A DNA stretch of 64,000 nucleotides from Glaucostegus cemiculus (Eukaryota): positions 6,200,001-6,264,000 of the forward strand of contig CDPCPM010000022.1 of assembly GCA_976551045.1 (NCBI GenBank), in the 5' to 3' direction. The notes under the pieces were generated by a model, which worked only from the letters and a program-made list of their open reading frames with translations, did no database searches and was not told the DNA's origin. Positions 23,879-35,290 of the stretch are shown here, one piece after another. Every line of letters begins with the position of its first letter. The stretch's first letter is position 1. Both the position numbers and the translations under genes were made by a program.

Positions 23879-25404
23879 TGGCTGTAAGTCCAAATATGCA
23901 ACTTGACCTGCTCATTGAAGTTATAAGGAAAAGTGTAAATTGAGTGACACAATGAAAATCTGTACCAGAATGCACTAAAATCCTGGTTCCTCATTATGTG
24001 GAAAGTTTTCACTTCTGAAAATGTGTTGGGGCAATGCTTTGAGTCCTACTAAGATACATATGCCAAATCTTTTAACAATGTATGACCTTACTCTCAAATG
24101 CAATCATTTTTTAAAAACTCTCAATTCCCCCGAATTAGCTTAGTCTTCTGTTTTTGTTACCAGTGCTCCAAAAGCAAAGATAAAATGATAAGAAAATAGT
24201 TTACACAAATCATTTTTGATGTCTTTTATCTCAACACACACTAAAATATATGAAATTAGGATGGTGTTGAATGTACTGAACACAGCATTTATTAAGTTCA
24301 CTGCACTGGACTCAAGGGCAAGACCCCCATTGCTAGCATTAGGTTTTAAATCCACTACAATCCAATTAGTGACTGGACACCTTATGGCGTTTACTAAACT
24401 GCATTAGAAAGAATAGTTGATGCCAAACCAGTTGAGATTTTCACTTTCACAGTCTCTGTTTTAAGTGTCCTCTTTTTCTTACAAAATGTCATAAACCCCC
24501 AAATTTACCTCAATAGAGCAGAGCAGAAAAGATTCTCAAGAGAAAAATCTTAAATAGACTTTGCGATAGGATAATCTCCTTTTCAAAATCTGTCTTAAAA
24601 AACTTTCCTCCAGCAGTGCTGGACACTGGTTTTAAATATTAAAGGATAAAATATTGTTCTCAGATCAGCAGCACTAAATTTGTTATATTAATGTTTACAC
24701 TTCCAAAATTCTCTCTCTTGTCTTAAATAGGGCAGAAGTTAAGTAGCAAAGGGCAATATTTATGTTTCCTCTACATCACTGGTTCAGTACTGCCAACCCA
24801 AGGACAAGTTTTTAAATAAATAAGTTTGAATGATTTAAATACAAGATTTTGTTTTGGTGTTGCTCCTCATGGAGGAGTCGTGGAGAGATACAATATGGAC
24901 ACAGGGCCCCACTGAATCCACTCTGATCATTTGCACAGACCCTACAATAATCCCATTTCTACTGTTTCACTCCTTTCACTTCTACAACCTTATGGGAAAG
25001 TGGCAGAGTTATCTGTATTTGACTTCACATTGCACATGAAATTACATGATAATTTTACAGCAGGAGCAATTCTGAGAGATGTCCTATTACACAAAATTTG
25101 ACAAAAATATTTCATATCTTGCCCTCTATTCCCTAATCTTCCTAGTCACATGTGCTTTGTATTAATTGTGCTGCAGTTGTTTAAATATTGTTGGCTTATA
25201 AAGTTTTTCCCCTAGTAACTATTCGCTGTATCTTTTAGACTAAATATTATCAGGAATGATTTTTGACTTTCCCCAAGCAACCATCTTCTCAGAGGCAACC
25301 TATATTGTGTGAATAAAACCAATTGTTATATTTAACTGGTATTTTTCAAGATATCACATAATTCTAACAATTTTTAATAAAATTAATGTCCCAAAACTCT
25401 TCCC

Positions 25405-25745
25405 AGGAGTATTATTAAACATAACTTTTCTCTATGCTACATGGATATATTAGGACAGACGGCCAAAAGCTTGGTCAATGAAGTAGATATTAAGGGACCA
25501 TTAAAGGAGCAGAAAGAAGTAGAAAGATTTAGAGAGGGAATTCAAGACCTTAGGGATTTGGCAGCTGAAATCATGGCTGCCAATGATGGAGCAATTAAAA
25601 TCATGAATGATTAAGACAGTGGAAATGGAAAAGCACACACTCTCCACAAAATGTTTCTTAACAGAGAGCCAGTGTGGGTCAGCATATATAACATGGATAA
25701 GTGAACATGATTTTGCGCAAGTTAGAATACAGCAGCAGTGTTTGA
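25405..25745 (-). mobile_element. Old L2-type LINE fragment
   Basis: ggccaaaagcttggtcaatgaagtag...gagggaattcaagaccttaggg...cagctgaa pattern, similar to 42490-42900. Confidence 0.55.
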
Positions 25746-28179
25746 CAATCTCAGAATGCATCAACACATTTTACTAGCAATTAAATGTATTTGAGGTGCA
25801 GTTGCTGGTATAATGAATGGATATACATAAAATAAACCATTTATCTACTTTGGTAACCCTGGAAACAACTTTCCTGAAGCTGGAATATCAAGGTAATACC
25901 TGTGTCTGCATGATATAAATGGAAGAAAAATACTCCAAAAATTCATTGTCCATATGCATGAATCACCTATGAAGAAGTAACATCACATTCTGCATAGGCA
26001 GATAATTTACATAAATACAAAATTAATACTGATAGGAATTGAAAAGAAACAAACTCAACTGAAGTGATTCTAGTTCATTTGCTTAAATACAATAAAAAGG
26101 AAAAAATAATGGTTTATGAGGGATTTTTCTCACATATAAAATATTACAACCATCTTGAATTTCAGAACGTATTTCAAACCCCAATATAATAGTTAGTGTA
26201 ATCGAAAAAGCAGCATGTACAATATCTTGTGTGGTAAGTTTGGAATGAGCTATAGAGACAAATCATCCAAACTCCATTTGGCAGCTATTACCAACCCATT
26301 AAAATGAATTCTTAATAAATGTTACTGCAATAGAATAGTACCAGACAGTACGAGGATGCTGAACATCTATTTGTCCTTCTGAAGATTCATATATTGTTGT
26401 GAATTTGCTGCTGACTCACAGAAAATGATCAAGTGTAAATATTACATAGTTACTTATTGCAATCATATTTTGCAGCAGGAATCTCACTTCAAGATATTGG
26501 GATTAAGTTTGTGTTGCAGCAACAGCAGTCTGCTGACAAAAATAGATGCAAATCTTCATGCTATCTCTGCAGGAAAGGGAAATAAAGGGTTTAACACCTG
26601 GCTTAATGAAACTAAAATCAACATTAACACTTTACGGCAAGTGTACCTAACCTGTCAACAGATTTCCCAACTCCAAGGGAATATTATGCAAGTTGACATA
26701 ATTTGTTCTGGTCAGGCTATAAGAGCTGGATAGACTCAAATGTGTGGCACACCATTACTTTTATGTCAGCATTGTAATGCTCTCATCACTTTGTAATGCT
26801 GAGTGTTTTAGAGGAAGTTGAAATATCCTTTTTTTTAAACCAGTAACATTGAATTTCATACATAGCGAATGGAATGCCTGACAATGAAAGTCAAAAAGTA
26901 AATTTCTTGTGAGTATCACCTTCATCCAACATCGGCAAGTATTCCAGCAAATCCACCCAGTTGTAGACATGATCTTGAAACATCGACATATGCAATTTGA
27001 AGGCTTCTATTATATAAACACAACAAAGCCTATTTAATGAGACATTCGATATAGTGTGCAATTAGTTAAACCACTTGAAATGCTTGGCTGAGTATTACAT
27101 AATGAAAAATATGATGAGTGATGCTAGTTTATTCTATCATGTTTATTGTACACCTTCCCATGTCATTTTAGGCATTTTCAAACTGTCAATTTACAAGTCT
27201 TTTCAATGTAGATGAATTGAAATATGCAGGCTTTATAAATCATAATGTTTCAAGAATTATTGGCATATACTCATCTCAAAAATGAGAAGCAACCATTATC
27301 TCAGTCAGGCTAAAACATGGGAAGTTCTTGAATCCTTTACAAGCAAAACTATTGACTACATGTTTTAAACCCTGTCTTTATTACTATTAGCTTTATGGGA
27401 TGAATAAAGCAAGGAGCAATTGTCTCGCCACCAGCTTCTTCCTCAATTACAAACAGATTTCACAGTTGGTTGTACACAGCAATGATTGTCCACAAGTGTT
27501 ACATTTCACAGGACAAGATGTTCCTTAGAAAGAGTGAAGAAGTTCACACTGTGATCAGTGGTTCCGGTGCACAGAGCCCCACAGATAAAGGGAAAACAAT
27601 GGGATTTGTATTTGCTCTATTATTCCGTGAAGTGGAAAGGAAGTAACACTCCAGCTTCAAACTGATGTCATCCTTTGAGATTCTAAACAAAAACATTTTT
27701 TTACATCTTTGGATCACAGCTGTGATGAGGATTCAACAGAATCAGCACTCTGTGAGCTGCATCATCGTTGTGTTTTGCTTTCTCAAGAATATCAACAGGA
27801 ATCAAATTAAATTCTAATAGGCAAATATCAATTCATTGTCCAATAATAATTAAGAATAGACTCGTTAGATTTTATATGTTATTTCAATTCTTGAACTTTG
27901 TTCTAAAGTCTAAAATTCTTATATAGGCTTGAAATTATTTAGACTCATTTAAAGCTTTGGCACATCATTTCTATTTTCTGTGCAAAACATAGGTAACTCA
28001 ACATCCATTCATGTTTCTGAGGGCTACTGATACCACTGAAATCTTTTAAATGTGTACTTAGATACGTATTGTCCATATCTTTTGTGTAATTATGCAACCC
28101 ATATAATGTTACAAAGGCCAGCTGTGTTCCTTATGTCCTCGCAATTTACTTTAATATAAACAACTGCTGTATATTTCAC

Positions 28180-28487
28180 ACAAGGTCACAAGATAATGGA
28201 GCAGAAGCAGGCCAGTCGGCCCATCGAGTCTGCTCCAAAGGGAAGGGAGGATGGGGAAAAAAGAGGATAAGAGAAAAAAAAACCTATTCTAAGTCCAAAT
28301 CCCTGCCTTATCTCCATATCCCTTGATACCTTGACCAATTAGATATCTATCTATTTCCTTCTTGAATATCCCCAATGATCTGGCTTCCACTGCTTTCTGT
28401 GGTAAGGAGTTCCACAGGTTCACCACCCTCTGGCTAAAGAAATTCCTCCTTATCTCTGTTTTGAACCTGCTTCCTCTAATTCTAAGG
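28180..28487 (-). mobile_element. CR1 3' end (different subfamily)
   Basis: Minus FFSQRVVNLWNSLP-coding segment (ttccacaggttcaccaccctctggctaaagaaattcc on +), with the ggagcagaagcaggccagtcggcccatcgagtctgctcc tail. Confidence 0.88.
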
Positions 28488-28494
28488 TCAACAT

Positions 28495-28870
28495 CCTTCT
28501 TATTTAGGCAGTCCCCTGGGATTGATGATGACTAACTCCCACTCTGATTTTGTGGGTTCTGTGGTGGCAGGTGAGGCCTATGTGGGGACCACAGAGTCTT
28601 CTATGGATGGGGACAGTCGTGGCTTATGGAAAGGAGAGAGGATAGTCTGTGAGGTGGTCCACTGCTTCTGAAACTTACTCAGTCCTCTGTGCTCACTTGA
28701 TGCCTGGCCTTGAGTTTCTCAATACCACCCCAAAGAGCCCTTCTCCACTTTGAGTGGTCATGGGTACAGGTTTCCAAGAATCAGTTGAAATATTCCTCTC
28801 GATGGGTTTGAGCACTTCCTTGAACCTTTTACTCCATCTATTAATATCTTCCCATATCAGAGCACAGAAA
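28495..28870 (-). mobile_element. RTE-clade LINE 3' end, degraded
   Basis: Reverse-orientation homolog of 2605-3118 (ccttctccactttgagtggtcatggg; ttcttatttaggcagtccc tail). Confidence 0.65.
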
Positions 28871-28898
28871 AGTGTGTCTTTTTCAGGAGTCTGGCATG

Positions 28899-28952
28899 AT
28901 GCCTGACATAGGCCTTGTCATACCTATGTCAGGCATAGGTATGACAAGGCCT
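28899..28952. repeat. Perfect 27-nt inverted copy inserted into its own template
   Basis: The sequence equals X[1-11] + revcomp(X) + X[12-27], with X = atgcctgacataggtatgacaaggcct. Confidence 0.95.
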
Positions 28953-28996
28953 GTTCAATGTAAGTTACAGTGTGTAACAAAGCAGAGTGTACTGGG

Positions 28997-29080
28997 GACA
29001 CAAGAGACAGCAGATGCTGGACAATTCCTTTCCCCTACAGATGCTACTCAACCCACTGTGTTCCTCCAGCAGACTGTAGC
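28997..29080. mobile_element. Short collapsed PLE-derived remnant
   Basis: gacacaagagacagcagatgctgga...acagatgctactcaacccactgtgttcctccagca. Same layout as 22267-22399, with the HHR deleted. Confidence 0.6.
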
Positions 29081-32000
29081 TCCTTAATATTGGCGCCACC
29101 TGGCACATACAGGCCATGTCTCAAAAAGAGAGTTTCTCATTAATCTTGCTCTGTCATCTTCATGTTGACTCTGTCTTTACTCATTCTCCATTTTTACACA
29201 TTATTGCCTTAATATCTTTTGTTTCTCCCTGAATGTGTATTAGCAGGTGAGATGTAGAAGCTACCAACTGTGAGCAAACCAATGGAAAACACCAACAAAA
29301 ACAACAACTTGTATTGCTATTGCACTTTTAACTTTGCAATATGCCCCAAGGCATTTTTCTTATGACTGGAAAGTAAAGAGCAGCATGATGTGATGCCTTG
29401 GAGAAAGGAACATCATTGACTTAAGGCAATCATTTTCATTTGGACTTGCAAGGAAAACATGACTTGTTCCCTTCAATGCTCCCCTTCTAATTATCTGCCC
29501 TGTCATTCATGCTACCTTCATCTTTTTGTTCCAACATGTCCCTTACTACTTTGGCTTCCCACTGGACTGCCCCTTCCAATCACCATTTCTTTCCACTGAT
29601 ACCTCTACCAAGTTAAACAATCTGATTGACCCTTGTATTTTCTTTTCTACCTCACCATCAACACTCCATTTACTATTTGATGATTCTTTTCTCCTTGCAA
29701 GGGCAGTGAAGAATGTATACCGACCCCCACATTCTCAACGCCAAATCATTTTCCTTTGTCTATCTCTCCCACATTTCTCTTCCATCCAGGCTTCTTTCAA
29801 AAAGCTACATTGGAACTCCAGATGAAAATGTAATTTTCAATGGAGCATACAATCTACATCAGAATCTTAATGAATAAATGTGAAATAAACAAACCTGATT
29901 TTGAATTAATACAATGAATTTTACAAATATTTGTATTTCACTGAAAAATAGGAAAACATTTGCAGTGGCTGTCTTTAATTGTACAGCGTGACTGCAGATA
30001 CTTCAAAGAATGTGCTATTAGAAAATCCCCTTCAAAGTGTTTTAAATGTAATTACTATGCATGACCTTTCTTTTAATTACAAGTCACATGATTTTACCTT
30101 TTAGACTGAAATCTGAGACTGACAGGTAGCAGGTCAGCTAGATGTTTGGCCTGGTTAATGTTGCTGTAATAAAACTTTGGTTTCTTCTCAGCCTTATTTA
30201 TTATATCTTGTGGATGTTTACTGCCTAAAGAGCAGAGAACATTTGTTATAAAAAAACATAGAGAAACCACGGAGACAAGTGACCATCGGTGTCTCTATTC
30301 TAGACCAACATCTATGCAAAACCTCAATGGCTTTAATGTCAAATTAAAGGCACATTAGAAACTAAAGCATATTTTAACATTTGACCAATATAAAGTAAGA
30401 AGTCTATTTTGATTACCAGCCAAAACATGTAGCTTGTCACACATGAATTTCTTTGTAAATTCTTAGTGTCACATGGTCAGCCTGGATCATCCTGGATGCT
30501 GCTCACTGCTTGGTCTCATCAGTCATGGTCCTACGCCTAATTTTGCTGGATATGGAGAGTGGATGATGCACCCGAAAGGCATCCTACCAGGTGGACTACG
30601 ACTCCAAGCAGTGAGTAGGTCTCAGCCATTATATCCTGACAGCATTTGACAGTCCCTAAAGGCTATTTAATGGTTTCTAAATGTCTCTGCTGGTCAGAGA
30701 CATTTACAAACTATTCAAATAGCTTAAAATAATAAAATTAAAACAAGGAAATAAAACCAAATTTAAAGCACATTTAGACAGTAACAAATATTTCAAAAGA
30801 TTAAAATAAAGTAAATTAAATAAAGAACTTACTTACCCTTCTCTCTTTACACAAGGTCAGCAAACCCATTCATGTAAATGGAGTTGCCATTTATATCCTT
30901 CCTTCAGTGCCGCTGCTGAGTTCATTGTGGAGACCAGTGGTGGAGCAGACTGCCAGCACATTCCCAACTTCTTCATTTGACCACATATGCACAGGGGATC
31001 CAAAACGAGCTGAAGAACTGATGGCTGACAGCCAGCAGTTTCCTTTGGATCCATCGGTTATCAATCAGCACAAATGGTATCAGGGCCTTGAAAATTTAAA
31101 TCATTTAAAAGGAGCAAAATTTACTTAACAGACGTCCAGAATAATCAATAAAATGTTTTCAGCATGGTTGAACCAATGGCCTAATATATGAATGCAGCAT
31201 GAAGGTTTTAGTTATGATTTGTGGCCAAAGGCCATAATAAATCTCAGTTGAGTTGGAGAAAAAAACTCAGGAATCCTGAACAATATTTATTTCCTCATGC
31301 TAGTTACTTACTTTGGACTTAAATAGCAGGGTGATGTCTCTCATAGTCAAATAGCTGAGACTTGGAATCTAAACTTTCTGCATCCATGAATCAGTTCACC
31401 AACAGTAATGGAAGTTTTCAGAACATGCGCGGGGGAGAAAATCAGCAAATAATAATTTAAACAGTCCACAAATGTATCAATTAGTAACAAGATTTATGGA
31501 AGTATTTTTAGATTGAGTTAAACCTCAGACTTGCTGGCAGTAGTGTCCAGATGTTTGGAGGAAGAGTGTGGTGTGTGGGGCCCCAGCTCTGTTAGCATGT
31601 GCTGACATTTATGCCAATAGTAGAACTTATTTAAAACTTGAACGAAGAAGTAATACCACAGCCAGCAAGTTTAAGTACTTGTGCAATGGTAATTAGTAAA
31701 TTTTCCTTCAATTTTAGTGATTTCCATGTGTTTGAGGGGTTTTGTTGTGGTTTATTTCATACTGTTCATCATTTTCATTTCAGCTGCGGATTTTCTGTTT
31801 GGAATATATATTTAGCATACTGCGAGCTAAAATTAAACTTTGGTTTCCTTCATGTCCCTTTCTCACTAAACATTTCCCTGTACTCCTCTCTGATGCACTG
31901 ACTCCTTGCTGGGGTATGGGTCATCACCCTAGAGGCCTAGTTTCAAATCTGTGCCTTGTTGGCGTTTGTTGGCAAGCTATTCAAATCAAAGAGAATATCA

Positions 32001-33274
32001 CAGCTGAGTCCATTGCTCTCCTTGCTTGGCTTCCATATTTGCTATTCCAGCAGGGCTTTACCCAATAGCAAGAAGAAACAAGGAGTCAATTTGCCTTTTC
32101 TTTCACCACTACCACAATGGTAGTGGTGAAAGAACTCTTGTTAACCCTCTAACTCTGAGCCAACCAGGACCAGCAAAGTCAGTGATGAGCGGAATCAAAC
32201 CTTCTAACTTTTCATTCTGCGTGGCTGGATTGTTCACTGAATAAGTCCAAAAAGCCAGAGGGGGAGTACTAGTGGCTGCCTTGGCAAGTTCTATATATGT
32301 TGAAACTAAAGTCTGGTATCATCAGAAAGCCGAAATGACCAATCATTTAAAACTAAAGCCCAAAAACTATTACATTCTAAGGCTGGAGAATGTATTGATT
32401 ATCACCCTTTCCTGTCAACTACTTGCTTGCCTGTGATTCTTTAGAACTGCCTGAAATCTGCCTGGAAACTGATTGTGTCCATCTCCACATGGTAAGAATG
32501 CAGTAGTCACCTTCAAAAGTACACTTATACACACACATACCACATTCTCTGTACAAATATATACATATATGTATAATGGCAATCTATGCTTTACTTCTCT
32601 GGAGCACAATTTTCCCAAGTAGACCTCAGACGTTCAGCCAGGTGCAGTTAAGTGGGGTGACTGCACTTCATTCACACGAATGTGATTTATATTCATCAGA
32701 TATGAATAATGACTGAGGTCAGAGATTTTCATGACAACTTATCCTGCAGGCCTGTTACTTGTTTCCAAACACTACCTATCTGTTGAATACCAAGATCAGA
32801 GGGAATAGCTAAAATTGGTAAAATACGTTGAGATAAAAAAGATCCACTCCAATACTCTGTATCAATAAGATAGAGCCACAAAGGAAACTGCAACACATCT
32901 ACAAATTCTGACATTATCTCTTAGAAAACAGAGGGAATTGTCCCTCAAGAAATCTATGTGTAAACATGATGAATATGGTTCAGTACTTCCTCCTTTAAAA
33001 TAAAATGAGGATGTTTTCTTTACAACTGAAGGTGTTTTAATTCTTGGTTATTTAAAATCTTCAGGCTTATTCAGACCATGCACATGTTTGCTCCCAGTGA
33101 AGATGTAATTGGATGGAAGCATAAATAGAGGTGAACTTGCTATTAAATCAGCAGGGGTTGGTTGCAGTTTCCACTTCCAGAATGATGAATTTTCTGGCTC
33201 TGCCAAGCAAAGTAACCATCTTCCAAAACAGCATCTGGAATTCACTTGTATATAACTGTTTAAACAAAAATTAC

Positions 33275-33361
33275 CTTGTTGAACAGAACAGCAAAAGCAG
33301 TGTTGACCTCCAACTGTTTGTTCTCTATGAAGTTTCCGGGGAATGGAATAGTATCAGGGTT
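33275..33361 (-). CDS. Internal coding exon (87 nt, phase 0-0) of an unidentified large gene
   Basis: Acceptor attttcattctctgttgtattttccag|AAC and donor AAG|gtaatt. Only one frame is open: NPDTIPFPGNFIENKQLEVNTAFAVLFNK. Lies in TE-free sequence. Confidence 0.75.
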
Positions 33362-34912
33362 CTGGAAAATACAACAGAGAATGAAAATATAATCTGAGCT
33401 GCAGAGGCATAGACCACCTGATGGAAACCAAATAACTCTTGCTGACCTGGCCCGTAAAGAAAACATTTTACTTGCCTCATGATGCCTCCACCATGGTTCT
33501 CTGGTCTGTAAAATTACCTTGCATCTCAGAGATTAGAATCTATTAGTGAAACATCTGCCTGAAATTGATCCACTTGACACTTATTGGACCAAAAAAAGAA
33601 TGACTGAATATTAACTTCCATGCCACCTGATTCTAAGGTAAAATATCTTCCATGATCTATGTTACAAATATAAGATCTCTAATGGTAAGCACGAGGCTTC
33701 CACATTTTCAAAAGAATAAATTCAGGCTTATGCTGCTGAACTTCCATTACAAAGTGAAGACAGCTGGTTGTCCATTCAAGCATTCAATATGCTTACAAAT
33801 TCTTGCTGAATGTCCACACCTCCCAACTCTCTGATTCACCACCCTTCACCTCAACAGGTCAGACTGCTCGTTTTATGCAGCAACCCAACAACCTCTGCTG
33901 AACCAAACAGCTTTCGATGTTCAGCTTATTTAAGTGGGTTGGGTGAGATCCAGATAGGCTCACCACCTCAGATGTAGCTGTCTCCTCAAACTGGAGATAC
34001 AGATTATGGATGATGATAAATTCTGATGGCTTGAACTAACATAAATTATCTTCATCTAGTGGCTGGTGTCAAAAGAACAATCATCCCATCTTCATACAGA
34101 TCAGGGATGCAGCTCTACTGCATGGATAATTTAAGAAATGGGGCTATTGAACTGACTATACAGTTTCCATGGTCAGTTTGAAGGACACACATGCCCCCAA
34201 AATCGCAAAGGCCTATTCCTCAAAGTTCCACTTCCTAATCTTCTTGATTTTTTCAGTTGAAAGCTGGAGTTCAGTCATTTATTTTTCCAAAAATATGCTC
34301 AGTTCATAAAATGCAAACACATAATACATATGCGCACATTCACAGAACAAGACGGGTCACTCCATTGCTTACAGTCAACATGTATCAATCTTTCTTTCAC
34401 ATTGAATCCATGAGTGATGAGCTTAAGAGGTTTTGACACAGGGTTCAATTTCCCCACTGTGTAATGGTGGGAAGAATCCAGGCTGTGGTCATTTCCCACA
34501 AAATTTTTGTGGTGGCTGCAACAAGCTTTACCGTGTCCCTCAGCATGTATCCTGAATCTGGGGAATGCACCAATCTACAACATTTGGTTGTGGACTGTTC
34601 CCTGCACTGGAAGACCAGCAAGTTTTTGGGCAAACCAAGTGGGTCCTCCACCAAGTTGCTAATCTTAAGCTGCACTCAATGTTTATTTCAACATGCATAC
34701 CTCAGAACAGCCTGCAGAGCACAAAGTCCTGCGTCACACAGCTGAATGGGATAAACATCAACATGGGCAATTACATCCCACTTCAAATGCACATTCCAGT
34801 GGGAGACCATTGACCGTCTCAATATTTGGTGCTGCTAAGTCTTCGACTGTTCGTGAAGGATAAAATAGGTAGGCCCTTTTCACCACCAGCCAAGCAATAT
34901 CCTCGTGCTAGC

Positions 34913-35290
34913 GATATTGGTATTGGTTTATTATTGTCACTTGTTCCAAGGTACAGTGAAAAGCTTGTCTTACAAACCAATCGTACAGGTCAATTCATTA
35001 CACAGTGCAGTTACATTGGGTTAGTACAGAATGCATTGATGTAGTATGGGTAAAAACAATAAAAGTACAGAGAAAAGTGTCACAGCTACAGAGAAAGTAC
35101 AGTGCAATAAGGTGCAAGGTCACAACAAGGTAGATTGTGAAGTCGTTGTCCATCTCATTGTATAATCAGAATCAGAATCAGAATCAGTTTTATTGTCACA
35201 ACCATATACATACATGGTACGCATAGGAGCGAGATACCGTCCTCCACAGGAACAGTTCAACAGTTCTTATCACAGTGGGGTAGAAGCTTT
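34913..35290 (-). mobile_element. Rex1/Babar 3' UTR (second family) nested in the Tx1 copy
   Basis: gatattggtattggtttattattgtcac tail on +, with an SFYPTVIR-coding end at ~35265-35290. Confidence 0.8.
35164..35250 (-). mobile_element. Young Rex1/Babar 3' tip nested in the older Rex UTR
   Basis: (AATCAG)4, followed by sequence nearly identical to 48040-48105. Confidence 0.92.

Noticed and set aside
30500-31125. Harbinger-like DNA transposon, or an exon ending at the minus-strand donor near 30835
   Set aside because: No terminal inverted repeats, TSD or matching acceptor could be established by eye.
33275-33361. Assigning the exon to ADK (EV-TAFAVL) or CHM (IENEQVE) from short resemblances
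   Set aside because: The matches are brief and lack the conserved neighbouring motifs (DTNGAGD; KPRILWALYF), so no gene symbol is given.
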